Assembly: GCA_022449565.1 (NCBI GenBank)
Contig: JAKUSA010000010.1
Span: 3 to 64,002 of the forward strand
DNA: 64,000 nt
From: Acidimicrobiales bacterium
GTDB taxonomy: Bacteria; Actinomycetota; Acidimicrobiia; Acidimicrobiales; MedAcidi-G1
Direction: 5' to 3'
This document shows, one piece after another, positions 45,650 to 54,888 of this stretch (the stretch's first letter is position 1; every line of letters begins with the position of its first letter). The translations under genes and the position numbers were made by a program. Below the pieces are notes generated by a model, which was given only the letters and a program-made list of their open reading frames with translations, was not told the origin of the DNA and did not search any database.

Positions 45650-46159
45650 TGATGATCGCACCCGTCGTGAGTCAACCCTAATTCCTGATCAATCTTATCG
45701 GGATTAATCTGGAGTAGAAATCTCGGCCGAAGTCCCCGATTCTCCGATGCGAACGGTCTGGGTCGGTATTGAGGTGCCCTATGCAACTGATCGACTCCAG
45801 GTAGGTCCTTAGAACGATCAGTGACGTCGGTCTATGACTAGGCGCTGTTTTTCGCGAGACTCAGGACCGTGTGCTCGGACCCGCCCGACGACCTGGCCAG
45901 CGAGTTTGCCCGACTAGTGGCCGAACTGGGCCGGGAGCGAGCGAGCCAAATTTGGCTCGACCGATTTGCCGGATACGACGAGGGTCAGACCTGACCGGCC
46001 TCTCAACGTGAGGCGCAACTGTGACCTGGAAGCCATGGCTGCCGCGGTTGCGCTCACTACCTCGACCAGCGGCAACCTTCGGTTGCTGACCGGCGCCGAG
46101 GTCGTCGATCGGTGCTGAGGGGGTCGAGCCCACTGGTGTTGCTTTCGGTACGGCGACAA

Positions 46160-47116
46160 TCAGGTCCGGTAGTCGACACCCGGCAGCACGCAGAGCATCT
46201 CGTAGAGCAGGTTGGCGCCCACCAGGCTGGTCGTTCCGCTGGTGTCGTAGATGGGCGCTACCTCGACGACGTCACAGCCCACCAGTTCGAGGCCCCGACA
46301 GCCCCGGATCACCTCCAGGGCCTGGGGGACGGTCAGCCCACCGACCTCGGGGGTGCCGGTACCGGGTGCGAATGCCGGGTCGAGGCCGTCGATGTCGAAA
46401 CTTAGGTAGACCGGCCCGCCCCCGACCTGGTCGCGGACCTCGTCCATGAGCGGTTCGAGGCTGCGATGCCAGCATTCCTCGGCCTGGACCACCCGGAAGC
46501 CCTGCCGGCGGGACCAGTCGAAGTCGTCGGCCTCGTAACCGGTGCCCCGGACGCCGATCTGGACAACCCGGTCACAGTCCAGGACCCCGGCTTCGACGGC
46601 CCGTCGGAACGGGGTGCCGTGGGTAATCTTTGATCCGAACATGGTGTCATTGACGTCGGTATGGGCGTCGACGTGGACCAGTCCGACCGGTCCATGCCGC
46701 TCCGCCATGGCCTTGAGGATGGGCAGCACCACCGTGTGGTCCCCGCCCATTGCGGCTGTCACCACTCCGTGGCCAAGCAGTTCATCGAAGTGCGCTTCGA
46801 TGGCTTCGACCGCGGCGAGCAAGTCGTATGGGCTGCTGGCCACGTCACCGGTGTCGTCGATCCTGAGGCTGTCAAATGGGGCGGCCCGAGTGGCCATGTT
46901 GTAGGGCCGAAGCAGCACCGACTCGTCGCGGATCCCCCGGGGGCCGAACCGGGCCCCCGGCCGGTTGGAAGTGCCGATGTCGAACGGCACACCGACTACG
47001 GCCACGTCGAGGTCCGCCGGGTCGGTATTCCCGGGGAGGCGCATGAAGGTGGCGATCCCGCCGAAGCGGGGCATTTCGTTACCGCTGAGGGGCTGCGGGT
47101 TGGCCGGATTGGTCAT
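46160..47116 (-). CDS. speB: agmatinase / ureohydrolase (arginase) family protein
   Basis: GGDHTV, VHVDAHTDV and SFDIDGLDPAFAPGTGTPE metal-binding motifs. Substrate (agmatine or a guanidino acid) is not resolvable from sequence. Confidence 0.85.
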   Translation of the reverse strand: MTNPANPQPLSGNEMPRFGGIATFMRLPGNTDPADLDVAVVGVPFDIGTSNRPGARFGPRGIRDESVLLRPYNMATRAAPFDSLRIDDTGDVASSPYDLLAAVEAIEAHFDELLGHGVVTAAMGGDHTVVLPILKAMAERHGPVGLVHVDAHTDVNDTMFGSKITHGTPFRRAVEAGVLDCDRVVQIGVRGTGYEADDFDWSRRQGFRVVQAEECWHRSLEPLMDEVRDQVGGGPVYLSFDIDGLDPAFAPGTGTPEVGGLTVPQALEVIRGCRGLELVGCDVVEVAPIYDTSGTTSLVGANLLYEMLCVLPGVDYRT

Positions 47117-47277
47117 CGGGACCTCCGTCGGTCAGTCCACCAGGCTTATCGCTTGGAACCCGAAACTTCCACACCAACAGGCTGGTAGGCGACCCGTGGC
47201 GTTCCTCAGCGGGAGATTGCCTTCGCCAACGCCCTAGGGTGCGGGTCCGACGGCGGCCACCAGCAGAGGGGTGAACG

Positions 47278-47973
47278 ATGAGCGGAGAGATGGTGGAGTT
47301 CTCGGTCAATGGGACTCATGCCAGGGGTTACCTGGCCGTGCCCGACGGTGGCGGCCCGGGTGTGATGGTGATCCAAGAGTGGTGGGGCCTGGCCCCGCAG
47401 ATCAAGGGGGTGTGCGACCAGCTAGCTGTCGAGGGGTTTGTTGCCCTTGCCCCCGACCTCTACCACGGCGAGTTGGCCGGCCACACCGAGATGGACAAGG
47501 CCGGGGAGTTGATGAACACCCTGCCCCCCGACCGGGCGGCCCGGGACATGTCGGGGGCCATTGATCACCTACTGGCCCACGACGCCACCACAGGGGAGGC
47601 CGTCGGCGTGGTCGGGTTCTGCATGGGCGGGATGCTCACCCTGGTCATTGCCGACCGGGAGGGCGACCGGGTGGCCGCAGCGGCGCCGTTCTACGGGGCG
47701 CCCCTGGAGCGGGCCCCGGGCGGCCCCGACTGGTCGGGGTTGACCGCCCGGGTGGAGGGCCACTTCGCTGGCTCGGACGACTTCTTCCCCCCGGAGGCAG
47801 TGGCCGAACTTGAGGCCGACCTCCGAGAGATGGGTAAGGACGTGGTCTTCCACGTCTATGAGGGAACCGGCCACGGCTTCGCCAATGAGGAGAACCCTTT
47901 GGGTACCTACGACGAAGCGACCACCGCTACGGCGTGGGGGAGAACCCTGGACCTGTTCCGCGGAACCCTCTAG
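47278..47973 (+). CDS. dienelactone hydrolase family protein
   Basis: PGVMVIQEWWGL, nucleophile elbow GVVGFCMGG, and C-terminal GTGHGF. Confidence 0.85.
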   Translation: MSGEMVEFSVNGTHARGYLAVPDGGGPGVMVIQEWWGLAPQIKGVCDQLAVEGFVALAPDLYHGELAGHTEMDKAGELMNTLPPDRAARDMSGAIDHLLAHDATTGEAVGVVGFCMGGMLTLVIADREGDRVAAAAPFYGAPLERAPGGPDWSGLTARVEGHFAGSDDFFPPEAVAELEADLREMGKDVVFHVYEGTGHGFANEENPLGTYDEATTATAWGRTLDLFRGTL

Positions 47974-47975
47974 CA

Positions 47976-48977
47976 ATGCGGCCGGCAACAGCCGGCCTAC
48001 TGCTAACGGGACTCATTCTCATATACTCAGCCGGTGATGTACCGGACACGGCCTCTCCAGCCGACAGGGTGGATCGGCCAGTGGAGTTCCTGACCGACCC
48101 CACCACCTGGTGGATCGAACCGTTCACCACAGACGGCTCCATGAGGAACGCCCTCCTGACGGCCCTCCTGGCCGTCGTCCCCACCTCGGTGATCGGCACC
48201 TGGGTGGTGCTACGTGGGATGAGCTTTCTAGGGGACGCCTTGGCCCACGGGGTGATGCCAGGGATCGCCGTAGCTTTCATCCTCGGGGTGGATACCCACC
48301 TCGGGGCACTGGTCGCCGCCCTGGCCATGGTGGTCGGCATCAACCTGGTTCGCAGCCGCTCTCCGCTGCCCGAGGACACCTCCATCGGAATCCTCTTCGT
48401 CGGCTTCCTGGCCCTGGCCCTAGTCATCATGTCCGGGCGCGGCGAGGACCATCTCCACCACCTGAGCAGGTTCCTTTTCGGATCGATTACCGAGGTCGAT
48501 GGGGATGACCTGCGCCGACAGGCCGTCGTCGCCGTCATCACCGTGGGAGGAGCGTTTGCCCTTCACCGGCCCTTCCTGGTCATGACCTTCGACGAGTCCC
48601 AGGCCCGCCTCCTGGGCTTGCGGCCCCGGTTGGCCCACGCTGCCCTGCTGGCCCTTCTGGCCTTCTCGATCGTGGCCTCTTTCCAAGCCGTAGGAAACCT
48701 TCTGGTCTTCGCCTTCCTCGTCGGCCCACCGGCCACCGCCACCCTGCTGGTCCGCCGGGTGCCGGTCATCATGACCACCGCGGTGGCCCTCGGGACGTTC
48801 TCGGCGGTGGTCGGCCTCCTGATCGGCCATCACCACAACACCGCCGCCGGGGCGACCATGGCCCTCAGCGCGGTGGTGGTCTTCCTCCTGGTGCTGGTGG
48901 CAACATCGGCCCGCCGAGCGATCTCCGGCAACCGAGTCGGCCGGCCCCGACCCGCCGAGCCGTCCCTGTCCCGCTAG
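47976..48977 (+). CDS. metal (Zn/Mn/Fe) ABC transporter permease, ABC-3 family
   Basis: MRNALLTALLAVVPTSVIGTWVVLRGMSFLGDALAHGVMPGIAVAF is typical of ZnuB/MntB/TroD-type permeases. No cognate ATPase or binding protein is adjacent. Confidence 0.8.
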   Translation: MRPATAGLLLTGLILIYSAGDVPDTASPADRVDRPVEFLTDPTTWWIEPFTTDGSMRNALLTALLAVVPTSVIGTWVVLRGMSFLGDALAHGVMPGIAVAFILGVDTHLGALVAALAMVVGINLVRSRSPLPEDTSIGILFVGFLALALVIMSGRGEDHLHHLSRFLFGSITEVDGDDLRRQAVVAVITVGGAFALHRPFLVMTFDESQARLLGLRPRLAHAALLALLAFSIVASFQAVGNLLVFAFLVGPPATATLLVRRVPVIMTTAVALGTFSAVVGLLIGHHHNTAAGATMALSAVVVFLLVLVATSARRAISGNRVGRPRPAEPSLSR

Positions 48978-49921
48978 AGAACCTCGGTAGCTATCAGGGC
49001 CGCGCCCAGCGCTCCGGCTTCGGCCCCCAACTCGGCCAGCACCACCCGGACAGCGGGTCGGTACTCGGACCCCAGCAGCAACTCCAGCAACCAGTGCTCG
49101 ACCCCGGCCCGCAATGGCTCACCGATGCCGCACAGCCCGCCACCAATCACCACCAACTCCAAGTCCAGCACCAGGACCAGGTTGGCCAGCCCCTGGCCCA
49201 CCTCCCGGCAGAACCCGTCAAGGATCCTCAGGGCATCCTCCTCCTCCTCAGCGGCCCCGGCAGCCACGTGCTGGCTGGCCACCGCATCGACCGCCCCGGC
49301 CTCGGCCACCCCCCAGGGGAATTCGCCCGAGGCCGCAGCCTCACGGCCTAACCGGTCGAGCGCCGTCCCCGAGGCGAAGTACTCCCACGGCCCCCGCTGC
49401 CCGGTCCGGTGCGCGGGGCCGTCGACGTCCACCACCATGTGGCCCGACTCGCCGGCGAAGCCGCTTGCTCCCCGGAGGAGCCGACCGTCGACCACGAACC
49501 CGGTCCCGATGCCCGTCCCCAGGGTCACCATGGCAAAGTTGTCGGCATCCTGGCCGGCACCGAGTCGCCACTCGGCGAACGTTCCCGCGGTGGCATCGTT
49601 GCCGACCACCACAGGCACGCCCAGGGCCTCTTGAAGTTCTGGGCCTATCGGAAAGCCGCCTAAGCCTGGAAGATTCGGGGAGTAGTGGACAACCCCTGAC
49701 CGGTGGGCCAAGCCGGCCACCCCCAGTCCGACCGCGGCCACCTCGTGACCGGTTCGGTCACCAAGTCCGACCACCAGGTTGGCAAGCGTGTCGACCAGAG
49801 TCGGGCCGTCGTCGCTGCTCGACGACACCTCCCGATCCACGACCTCGTTGGTAGCCACCTCGACCATCACCGCACGGACCTTGGTGCCTCCGACGTCGAT
49901 CCCAATGACTGCCCGCCCCAC
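48974..49921 (-). CDS. ROK family sugar kinase (glucokinase-like)
   Basis: VIGIDVGGTKVR N-terminus, GNDATAG, and ROK-like core. Confidence 0.85.
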   Translation of the reverse strand: MGRAVIGIDVGGTKVRAVMVEVATNEVVDREVSSSSDDGPTLVDTLANLVVGLGDRTGHEVAAVGLGVAGLAHRSGVVHYSPNLPGLGGFPIGPELQEALGVPVVVGNDATAGTFAEWRLGAGQDADNFAMVTLGTGIGTGFVVDGRLLRGASGFAGESGHMVVDVDGPAHRTGQRGPWEYFASGTALDRLGREAAASGEFPWGVAEAGAVDAVASQHVAAGAAEEEEDALRILDGFCREVGQGLANLVLVLDLELVVIGGGLCGIGEPLRAGVEHWLLELLLGSEYRPAVRVVLAELGAEAGALGAALIATEVL

Positions 49922-49988
49922 GGCCCATCAGCGTAAACGGCCCACCGGTCCACCGGTTACCCACCTGGTCGGGCGCTACCGTGCAACG

Positions 49989-51164
49989 ATGACCCATAAC
50001 CTGACTGCCACTTGGGGGTTCCCCAACCGGATCCGGATCGGCCCGGGGCGGGTAGCCGAGTTGGGTGCGGCGTGTGCCGAGGCGGGGATCTTCCGACCCC
50101 TAGTGGTCACCGACCCGGGATTAGCCGACCTACCCCTGTTCGGGGAGGTGCTGGCCGCCCTAGCCGCAGCCGGGCTCGACCACGGCCTGTTCACCGGAGT
50201 GCGACCTAACCCGGTGGAAGCCAACGTGGACGCTGCAGTGGCTGGCCTCCGGGAGGGAAGCCACGATGGGGTGGTGGCCGTTGGCGGAGGCTCGGCCCTC
50301 GACGTGGGAAAGATGGCCGCCTTTATGGTCGGCCAGACCCGGCCTATCTGGGACTTCGAGGATATTGGCGACTGGTGGAAGCGGGCCGACACGGGAGCTG
50401 TCGTCCCCGTGGTCGCTTTGCCGACCACCGCAGGCACCGGATCAGAGGTCAGCCGCTCCGGGGTGGCCACCAACGAGGCCGAGGGGCGCAAGGTCATAAT
50501 CTTTCACCCGGTGATGCTCCCTGCGCAGGTGATCGCCGACCCCAAGTTGAGCGTGGGGATGCCCCGGGCCGTCACCGTCGGCACCGGCTTCGACGCCCTT
50601 GCCCACAATCTTGAGGCGATCTGTTCGCCGACCTTCCACCCGATGGCCCAGGCCATCGGTATGGAGGGATGTCGGCTGGTCCTTGAGCACCTTCCCCGGG
50701 TGGTGGCCGACCCGGCCGACCTGGAGGGGCGGACCGGCATGCTGGTCGCCGCCTCGATGGGAGCTGTGGCCTTCCAGAAGGGCTTGGGTGCCATGCACGC
50801 CCTTTCCCATCCGATAGGCGCCGCCTTCGACACCCACCACGGCACCACCAACGGGGTGGTGATGCCCTACGTGTTGGCCGCCAACCGGTCTCCGGCCGAA
50901 GCGGCGGTCGCTGAGCTGGCCACTCGGGCTGGCATTGACGGCGGGTTCGACGGGTTCCTGCACCACGTGGTGACCATGCGCTCCGACTTGGGCATACCCC
51001 ACACCGTCGTCGAACTGGGTGTGGACCCCGACGCGGGTCAGCGGATCGCCGCCGCGGCCGCCGTCGACCCGTCGGCGGCCACCAACCCGGTCCCCTGCAC
51101 GCCCGAGTTCGCCGCCAGGGTGTTCGACGCGGCCTGTGAGGGCCACCTGGACGGCCTGCGCTGA
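49989..51164 (+). CDS. iron-containing (group III) alcohol dehydrogenase
   Basis: GGGSALDVGK and metal-binding His region HALSHPIGAAFDTHHG. ATG 49989 gives MTHNLTATWGFPNRIRIGPG. Confidence 0.85.
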   Translation: MTHNLTATWGFPNRIRIGPGRVAELGAACAEAGIFRPLVVTDPGLADLPLFGEVLAALAAAGLDHGLFTGVRPNPVEANVDAAVAGLREGSHDGVVAVGGGSALDVGKMAAFMVGQTRPIWDFEDIGDWWKRADTGAVVPVVALPTTAGTGSEVSRSGVATNEAEGRKVIIFHPVMLPAQVIADPKLSVGMPRAVTVGTGFDALAHNLEAICSPTFHPMAQAIGMEGCRLVLEHLPRVVADPADLEGRTGMLVAASMGAVAFQKGLGAMHALSHPIGAAFDTHHGTTNGVVMPYVLAANRSPAEAAVAELATRAGIDGGFDGFLHHVVTMRSDLGIPHTVVELGVDPDAGQRIAAAAAVDPSAATNPVPCTPEFAARVFDAACEGHLDGLR

Positions 51165-51183
51165 ACCAACCGGGGTCGTGGGT

Positions 51184-52071
51184 TCAGCGTCTGAGGCCGG
51201 TCAGGTCGACGAGGGCCTCGGTTGATCGGGACGCCTCGTCTCCGGTCCCAGTGGCCCCCCGGATGATCCGCCGGCGGACCGCGGCCGAGACCGTGTCGAT
51301 GGTCAGCACCACGGTGATGGTCATCAGTAGCACCGCGCAGGCTGCCGGGAAGTTCCGGAACGACAGGTGTAAGACCAGTTCGGACCCAACCCCTCCGGCT
51401 CCGATCATCCCCAGGACCGCCGAGGCCCTCACGTTTATTTCGAACCGGAACAGCCAGTAGGAGGCAATGTTCGGCATCACCTGAGGAAGGACCGCCCACC
51501 GCATCTCGCTCGCCCAGCGGCCCCCGCAGGCCTCTACCGCTTCAATGGGGCCGTCGTCGATGCTTTCGATCGACTCGGCGGCCCACTTACCGAGCGTGCC
51601 TATCGAGTGGATGCCGATGGCCATGGTGCCCGCCCAGGCTCCGAGTCCGGTGATCGGGATGAAGATCACGGCCAGAATCAACTCGGGCACCGCCCGGATC
51701 GCGTTGAACAGCTGGCGTATCGGCACCCGCACCCAGTGGGGGGCCACATTGTGGGCGGCCAGAAAGGCCAGGGGCAGGGACAGGGCAGCGCCAATGATCG
51801 TCCCGATCCAGGCGATATACACCGACTCCAGAATCTTGCCCAGCGCCCCCCGCTCGTAAACCTCAGAGAATGCCGGGGGCGTCATCTGGCGGAGGATCGC
51901 CCAAGCGTCGCCCGGAGCGCCCAGCAGCCGGTCGAGGGTCACCTGCAGGCCGGACACCGACCAGACGGTGGCCACCACGATCACCAATGCGATGACCCAG
52001 CGCCGGGTGCGCACCTTGCCGGGCGGTAGGGGCCGGGGGGCGGCGTAGTCGGTGGTCGTGGGAGCCGTCAC
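51184..52071 (-). CDS. phnE: phosphonate ABC transporter permease PhnE (second copy)
   Basis: GTGA overlap with the upstream phnE. Shows the PhnE/BPD-transporter pattern (IAWIGTIIGAALSLPLAFLAA...AIRAVPELILAVIF). The 5' part of the long ORF 51184..52989 is artefactual. Confidence 0.8.
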   Translation of the reverse strand: MTAPTTTDYAAPRPLPPGKVRTRRWVIALVIVVATVWSVSGLQVTLDRLLGAPGDAWAILRQMTPPAFSEVYERGALGKILESVYIAWIGTIIGAALSLPLAFLAAHNVAPHWVRVPIRQLFNAIRAVPELILAVIFIPITGLGAWAGTMAIGIHSIGTLGKWAAESIESIDDGPIEAVEACGGRWASEMRWAVLPQVMPNIASYWLFRFEINVRASAVLGMIGAGGVGSELVLHLSFRNFPAACAVLLMTITVVLTIDTVSAAVRRRIIRGATGTGDEASRSTEALVDLTGLRR

Positions 52072-52868
52072 GTCAGTCTCTTTCGGAGGGCCACGCTGAC
52101 GTGCTCGATGACCCACACAGCGACGAAGATGATCATCAGTATCCCCAGCACCCGGTCGAAGCGGAAGAACTGGCGTTGCGCTTCGATCACCCGGCCAATC
52201 CCGCCGGCACCGACAAGTCCGAGGACTATCGAGGCCCGGATGTTGAGTTCGAACACGTACAAGGCGTAGGCCACGTAAGCCGGGAAGACCGAGGGCAGCA
52301 CTCCAGTGCGGACCACCGGTGCGTGCCGACCGCCGGCCGACCGGGCTGCCTCGAGGGGACGGGGGTCGGCACCGTCCACCGTCTCGGAGAACAACTTCAC
52401 CATCACGGCCAGCGAGAACACCGACAAGGCCCACGACCCGGCGAAGGCGCCGATACCGATCGCCGTGACCAACAACTTGGCCCAGAACAGGTCGGGTACG
52501 GCGCGCACCACGTTCATTACTGCCCGACTGACCAGGTAGGTGGGTCGGTTCGGCGTGGTCAGCGACGACATCGCGAAACTGATCGGCAAGGCCAGGCCAC
52601 AGCCGATGACTGTCGAGACGATGGCGATCTGGAACGTCTCGATTAAGGGGCGAATCACGTTGCGCCCGTCGAACACCCAGTCCCACGGAACAGGCCAGAA
52701 TTTCTCCCACAGCGGATTTGACCAGACCTTCCAGAATGTCGATGGGTCGAAGCCCACCTTGACCGCCGCCCAGGTGGTGCCGGCGACTAGGGACGCGGCG
52801 ACAGCGTAGGTAAGCGGCCGGGTCCGGGGTCGGTTCGGCCGGGTCGGCCCTTCGGCGGTGAGGGTCAC
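52068..52868 (-). CDS. phnE: phosphonate ABC transporter permease PhnE (first copy)
   Basis: Same family pattern (IVSTVIGCGLALPISFAMS...VVRAVPDLFWAKLLV). Overlaps phnC by 4 nt. Confidence 0.8.
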   Translation of the reverse strand: MTLTAEGPTRPNRPRTRPLTYAVAASLVAGTTWAAVKVGFDPSTFWKVWSNPLWEKFWPVPWDWVFDGRNVIRPLIETFQIAIVSTVIGCGLALPISFAMSSLTTPNRPTYLVSRAVMNVVRAVPDLFWAKLLVTAIGIGAFAGSWALSVFSLAVMVKLFSETVDGADPRPLEAARSAGGRHAPVVRTGVLPSVFPAYVAYALYVFELNIRASIVLGLVGAGGIGRVIEAQRQFFRFDRVLGILMIIFVAVWVIEHVSVALRKRLT

Positions 52869-53674
52869 GCGTCCGGGGAACCGGCCGTGGGTGGGTTCGG
52901 TTCCCCACCGACGGCCAGGAGGTCCTCGGCGGTGATATCCCGACCGTAGATATCCCGAAAGATCGCGTCATCGACGTCACCGATGTCACCGTCGAAGATC
53001 ACCAGTCCGTCCCTCAAGCCGATCAGCCGTCGGCCGTATTCCCGGGCCAGGTCCAGGAAGTGCAGGTTGACCAACGTGGTGATCCCCAACTCCCGGTTGA
53101 TGCGTTGAAGATCGCCCATGACCTGCCGACTAGTAACTGGGTCGAGTGCGGCAACCGGTTCGTCGGCCAGCATCAGTGACGGCTCCTGGGCCAGGGCCCG
53201 GGCGATCCCCACCCGCTGCTGCTGCCCTCCGGAGAGGTCCGAGGCCCGGACATAGGCCTTCTCGACGATGCCCACCCGTTCCAGGGCCTGCATGGCGATC
53301 TCCCGCTCGGGGGCGGGCCAGAGCCCGAGGGTGGACCGCCATGCAGGGGTCTCCGAGAGCCGTCCCATGAGCACGTTGTTGATCACCGTGGTGCGGTACA
53401 CCAGATTGAAGGTCTGAAAGATCATCCCGATCCGGGACCGCACCCGGCGGAGGGTGGCCGCCGACGCTCCGACTACCTCGGTCCCGTCGACGACGACGGA
53501 ACCCGAGGTGGCGGGAACCAAGCCGTTTAGGACCCGGAGTAGTGTCGACTTGCCGGCACCAGAGAGCCCGACGATGACGACGAACTCCCCCTTGTCGACC
53601 GTGAGGTCAACGCCGCGGAGCGCCTCGACTCCGCCCGGGTAGGTGACCGAGACCTTCTCGAGCTGGATCACCAT
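52865..53674 (-). CDS. phnC: phosphonate ABC transporter ATP-binding protein PhnC
   Basis: Walker A GLSGAGKST, signature LSGGQQQR, Walker B LMLADEP, and gene order phnD-C-E-E. Confidence 0.85.
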   Translation of the reverse strand: MVIQLEKVSVTYPGGVEALRGVDLTVDKGEFVVIVGLSGAGKSTLLRVLNGLVPATSGSVVVDGTEVVGASAATLRRVRSRIGMIFQTFNLVYRTTVINNVLMGRLSETPAWRSTLGLWPAPEREIAMQALERVGIVEKAYVRASDLSGGQQQRVGIARALAQEPSLMLADEPVAALDPVTSRQVMGDLQRINRELGITTLVNLHFLDLAREYGRRLIGLRDGLVIFDGDIGDVDDAIFRDIYGRDITAEDLLAVGGEPNPPTAGSPDA

Positions 53675-53711
53675 GTCGTTGTCGGCTCGGGGGTTACGCC
53701 CCGACCGGGCA

Positions 53712-54770
53712 TTATGGCTCGGTTATGCCGAGGATCGCAGCCGCCTCGCGGACGATGTCGAAGTCGGACTCGACGGCCCGGCGAATGTCGGTCCAGCCGT
53801 ACATCTCGTCGAATGCCGCTTCGCCCTCGTCGGTCATCAGATAGGCCGAGATGGCGTTGTAGACCGCGTTCTGGAGCGAATCGGGCAGCAGTGAACTGGC
53901 TGCCACGACGTCGTTGGGGATCTCACCGGTGATGTTGAACACGATCACCTTGTCGCCGACGTCCGGGTTCGTCTTACGCATGCTCCGCCGCGCGTCGTCG
54001 TAGGAGATGCCGATGTCGGCGTCGCCGTTATACACCGCGGCGACTGAAGCGTCGTGGCTACCGGAGAAGATCGGAACAATGTCAGTCTCGGGGTCGATCC
54101 CAGCTCGGATGAGCTGGAGCGCCGGGTAGATGTACCCCGATGTCGAACTCTCAGAGGTGAAGGCGACCCGCTTCCCAACGACCTTGCTCAGATCGGCAGT
54201 GCAGGACATACCCGGCGACACCGCGCCGGCGTCGACGGTTTCGCCGAGGGCCTTGCCCGAGTCGCCGAAGTAGACGCCGACCTGGAGGGCAACCGCGTCG
54301 AGCGCCCCCACCTGGGTGATGCCGTCGTCGCCGTTTTCGAGTGCAGTGCCCGACTGGGGCGGGCTGTCGCAGATGCTCGGGTCGTTGGTCATCCACTGGC
54401 CGTGGTAGGTCGCCGCGCCGTACCGGATGGCCTGGATCAGCACCTCCATGTTCCCGAACTGCTGTTGGGCTAGGACATAGCCGAATGGTCCGAAGGCACC
54501 CAGGTCCGCCTGGCCGGTGCCCATTGCCGTGACCAGGCCGGTGTAGTCGGTGGTCACCACACCCTCGACCTCGATGCCGAGAGCGTCTTCGAGGACCTCC
54601 ATGATCGGGTCGACGTTGTCCTGGAGCTTCTCCTGCTCCGCGCTTGGCACGAAACCGAAGGTGATTTTGTCGGGCCAGGAGGCGTTAACCCTCTCTTTGT
54701 CGGAGTCACTGCAGGCTGCTGCCACAACGGACAGGGCGAGCACGGCACCAATGAGTCGCATCTTTCGCAC
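53712..54770 (-). CDS. phnD: phosphonate/phosphite ABC transporter substrate-binding lipoprotein PhnD
   Basis: GTG 54770 lies 6 nt after aggagg. Lipobox VAAAC. KITFGFVPSAEQEKL and SGYIYP motifs are typical of PhnD. Confidence 0.8.
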   Translation of the reverse strand: MRKMRLIGAVLALSVVAAACSDSDKERVNASWPDKITFGFVPSAEQEKLQDNVDPIMEVLEDALGIEVEGVVTTDYTGLVTAMGTGQADLGAFGPFGYVLAQQQFGNMEVLIQAIRYGAATYHGQWMTNDPSICDSPPQSGTALENGDDGITQVGALDAVALQVGVYFGDSGKALGETVDAGAVSPGMSCTADLSKVVGKRVAFTSESSTSGYIYPALQLIRAGIDPETDIVPIFSGSHDASVAAVYNGDADIGISYDDARRSMRKTNPDVGDKVIVFNITGEIPNDVVAASSLLPDSLQNAVYNAISAYLMTDEGEAAFDEMYGWTDIRRAVESDFDIVREAAAILGITEP

Positions 54771-54888
54771 GGAAACCCTCCTCTGGGCGATCACATTTTG
54801 CGCGACACTAGCCAAGGTCGGCCGGCGGCGCACAGGGCGGCTAACCATGGTCGGCCTCGGGGGTCGACCCGGCCCGTAGGGTGCCGCC

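Noticed and set aside
47234-47250. CUAGGGU...GGGUCCGA upstream of the dienelactone hydrolase, reminiscent of the guanidine-I (ykkC) riboswitch core.
   Set aside because: Only two short conserved words are present and they are directly adjacent. The intervening P1a hairpin and the 3' ACACGGnGGGA element are missing. The motif is on the strand opposite the agmatinase-family gene and in front of a gene class not known to be guanidine-regulated.
52072-52989. The N-terminal 300 aa of the 601-aa ORF 51184..52989.
   Set aside because: This part lies out of frame over the first phnE and the phnC end and is Arg/Pro-rich. The real second phnE starts at GTG 52071, overlapping the upstream stop (GTGA).
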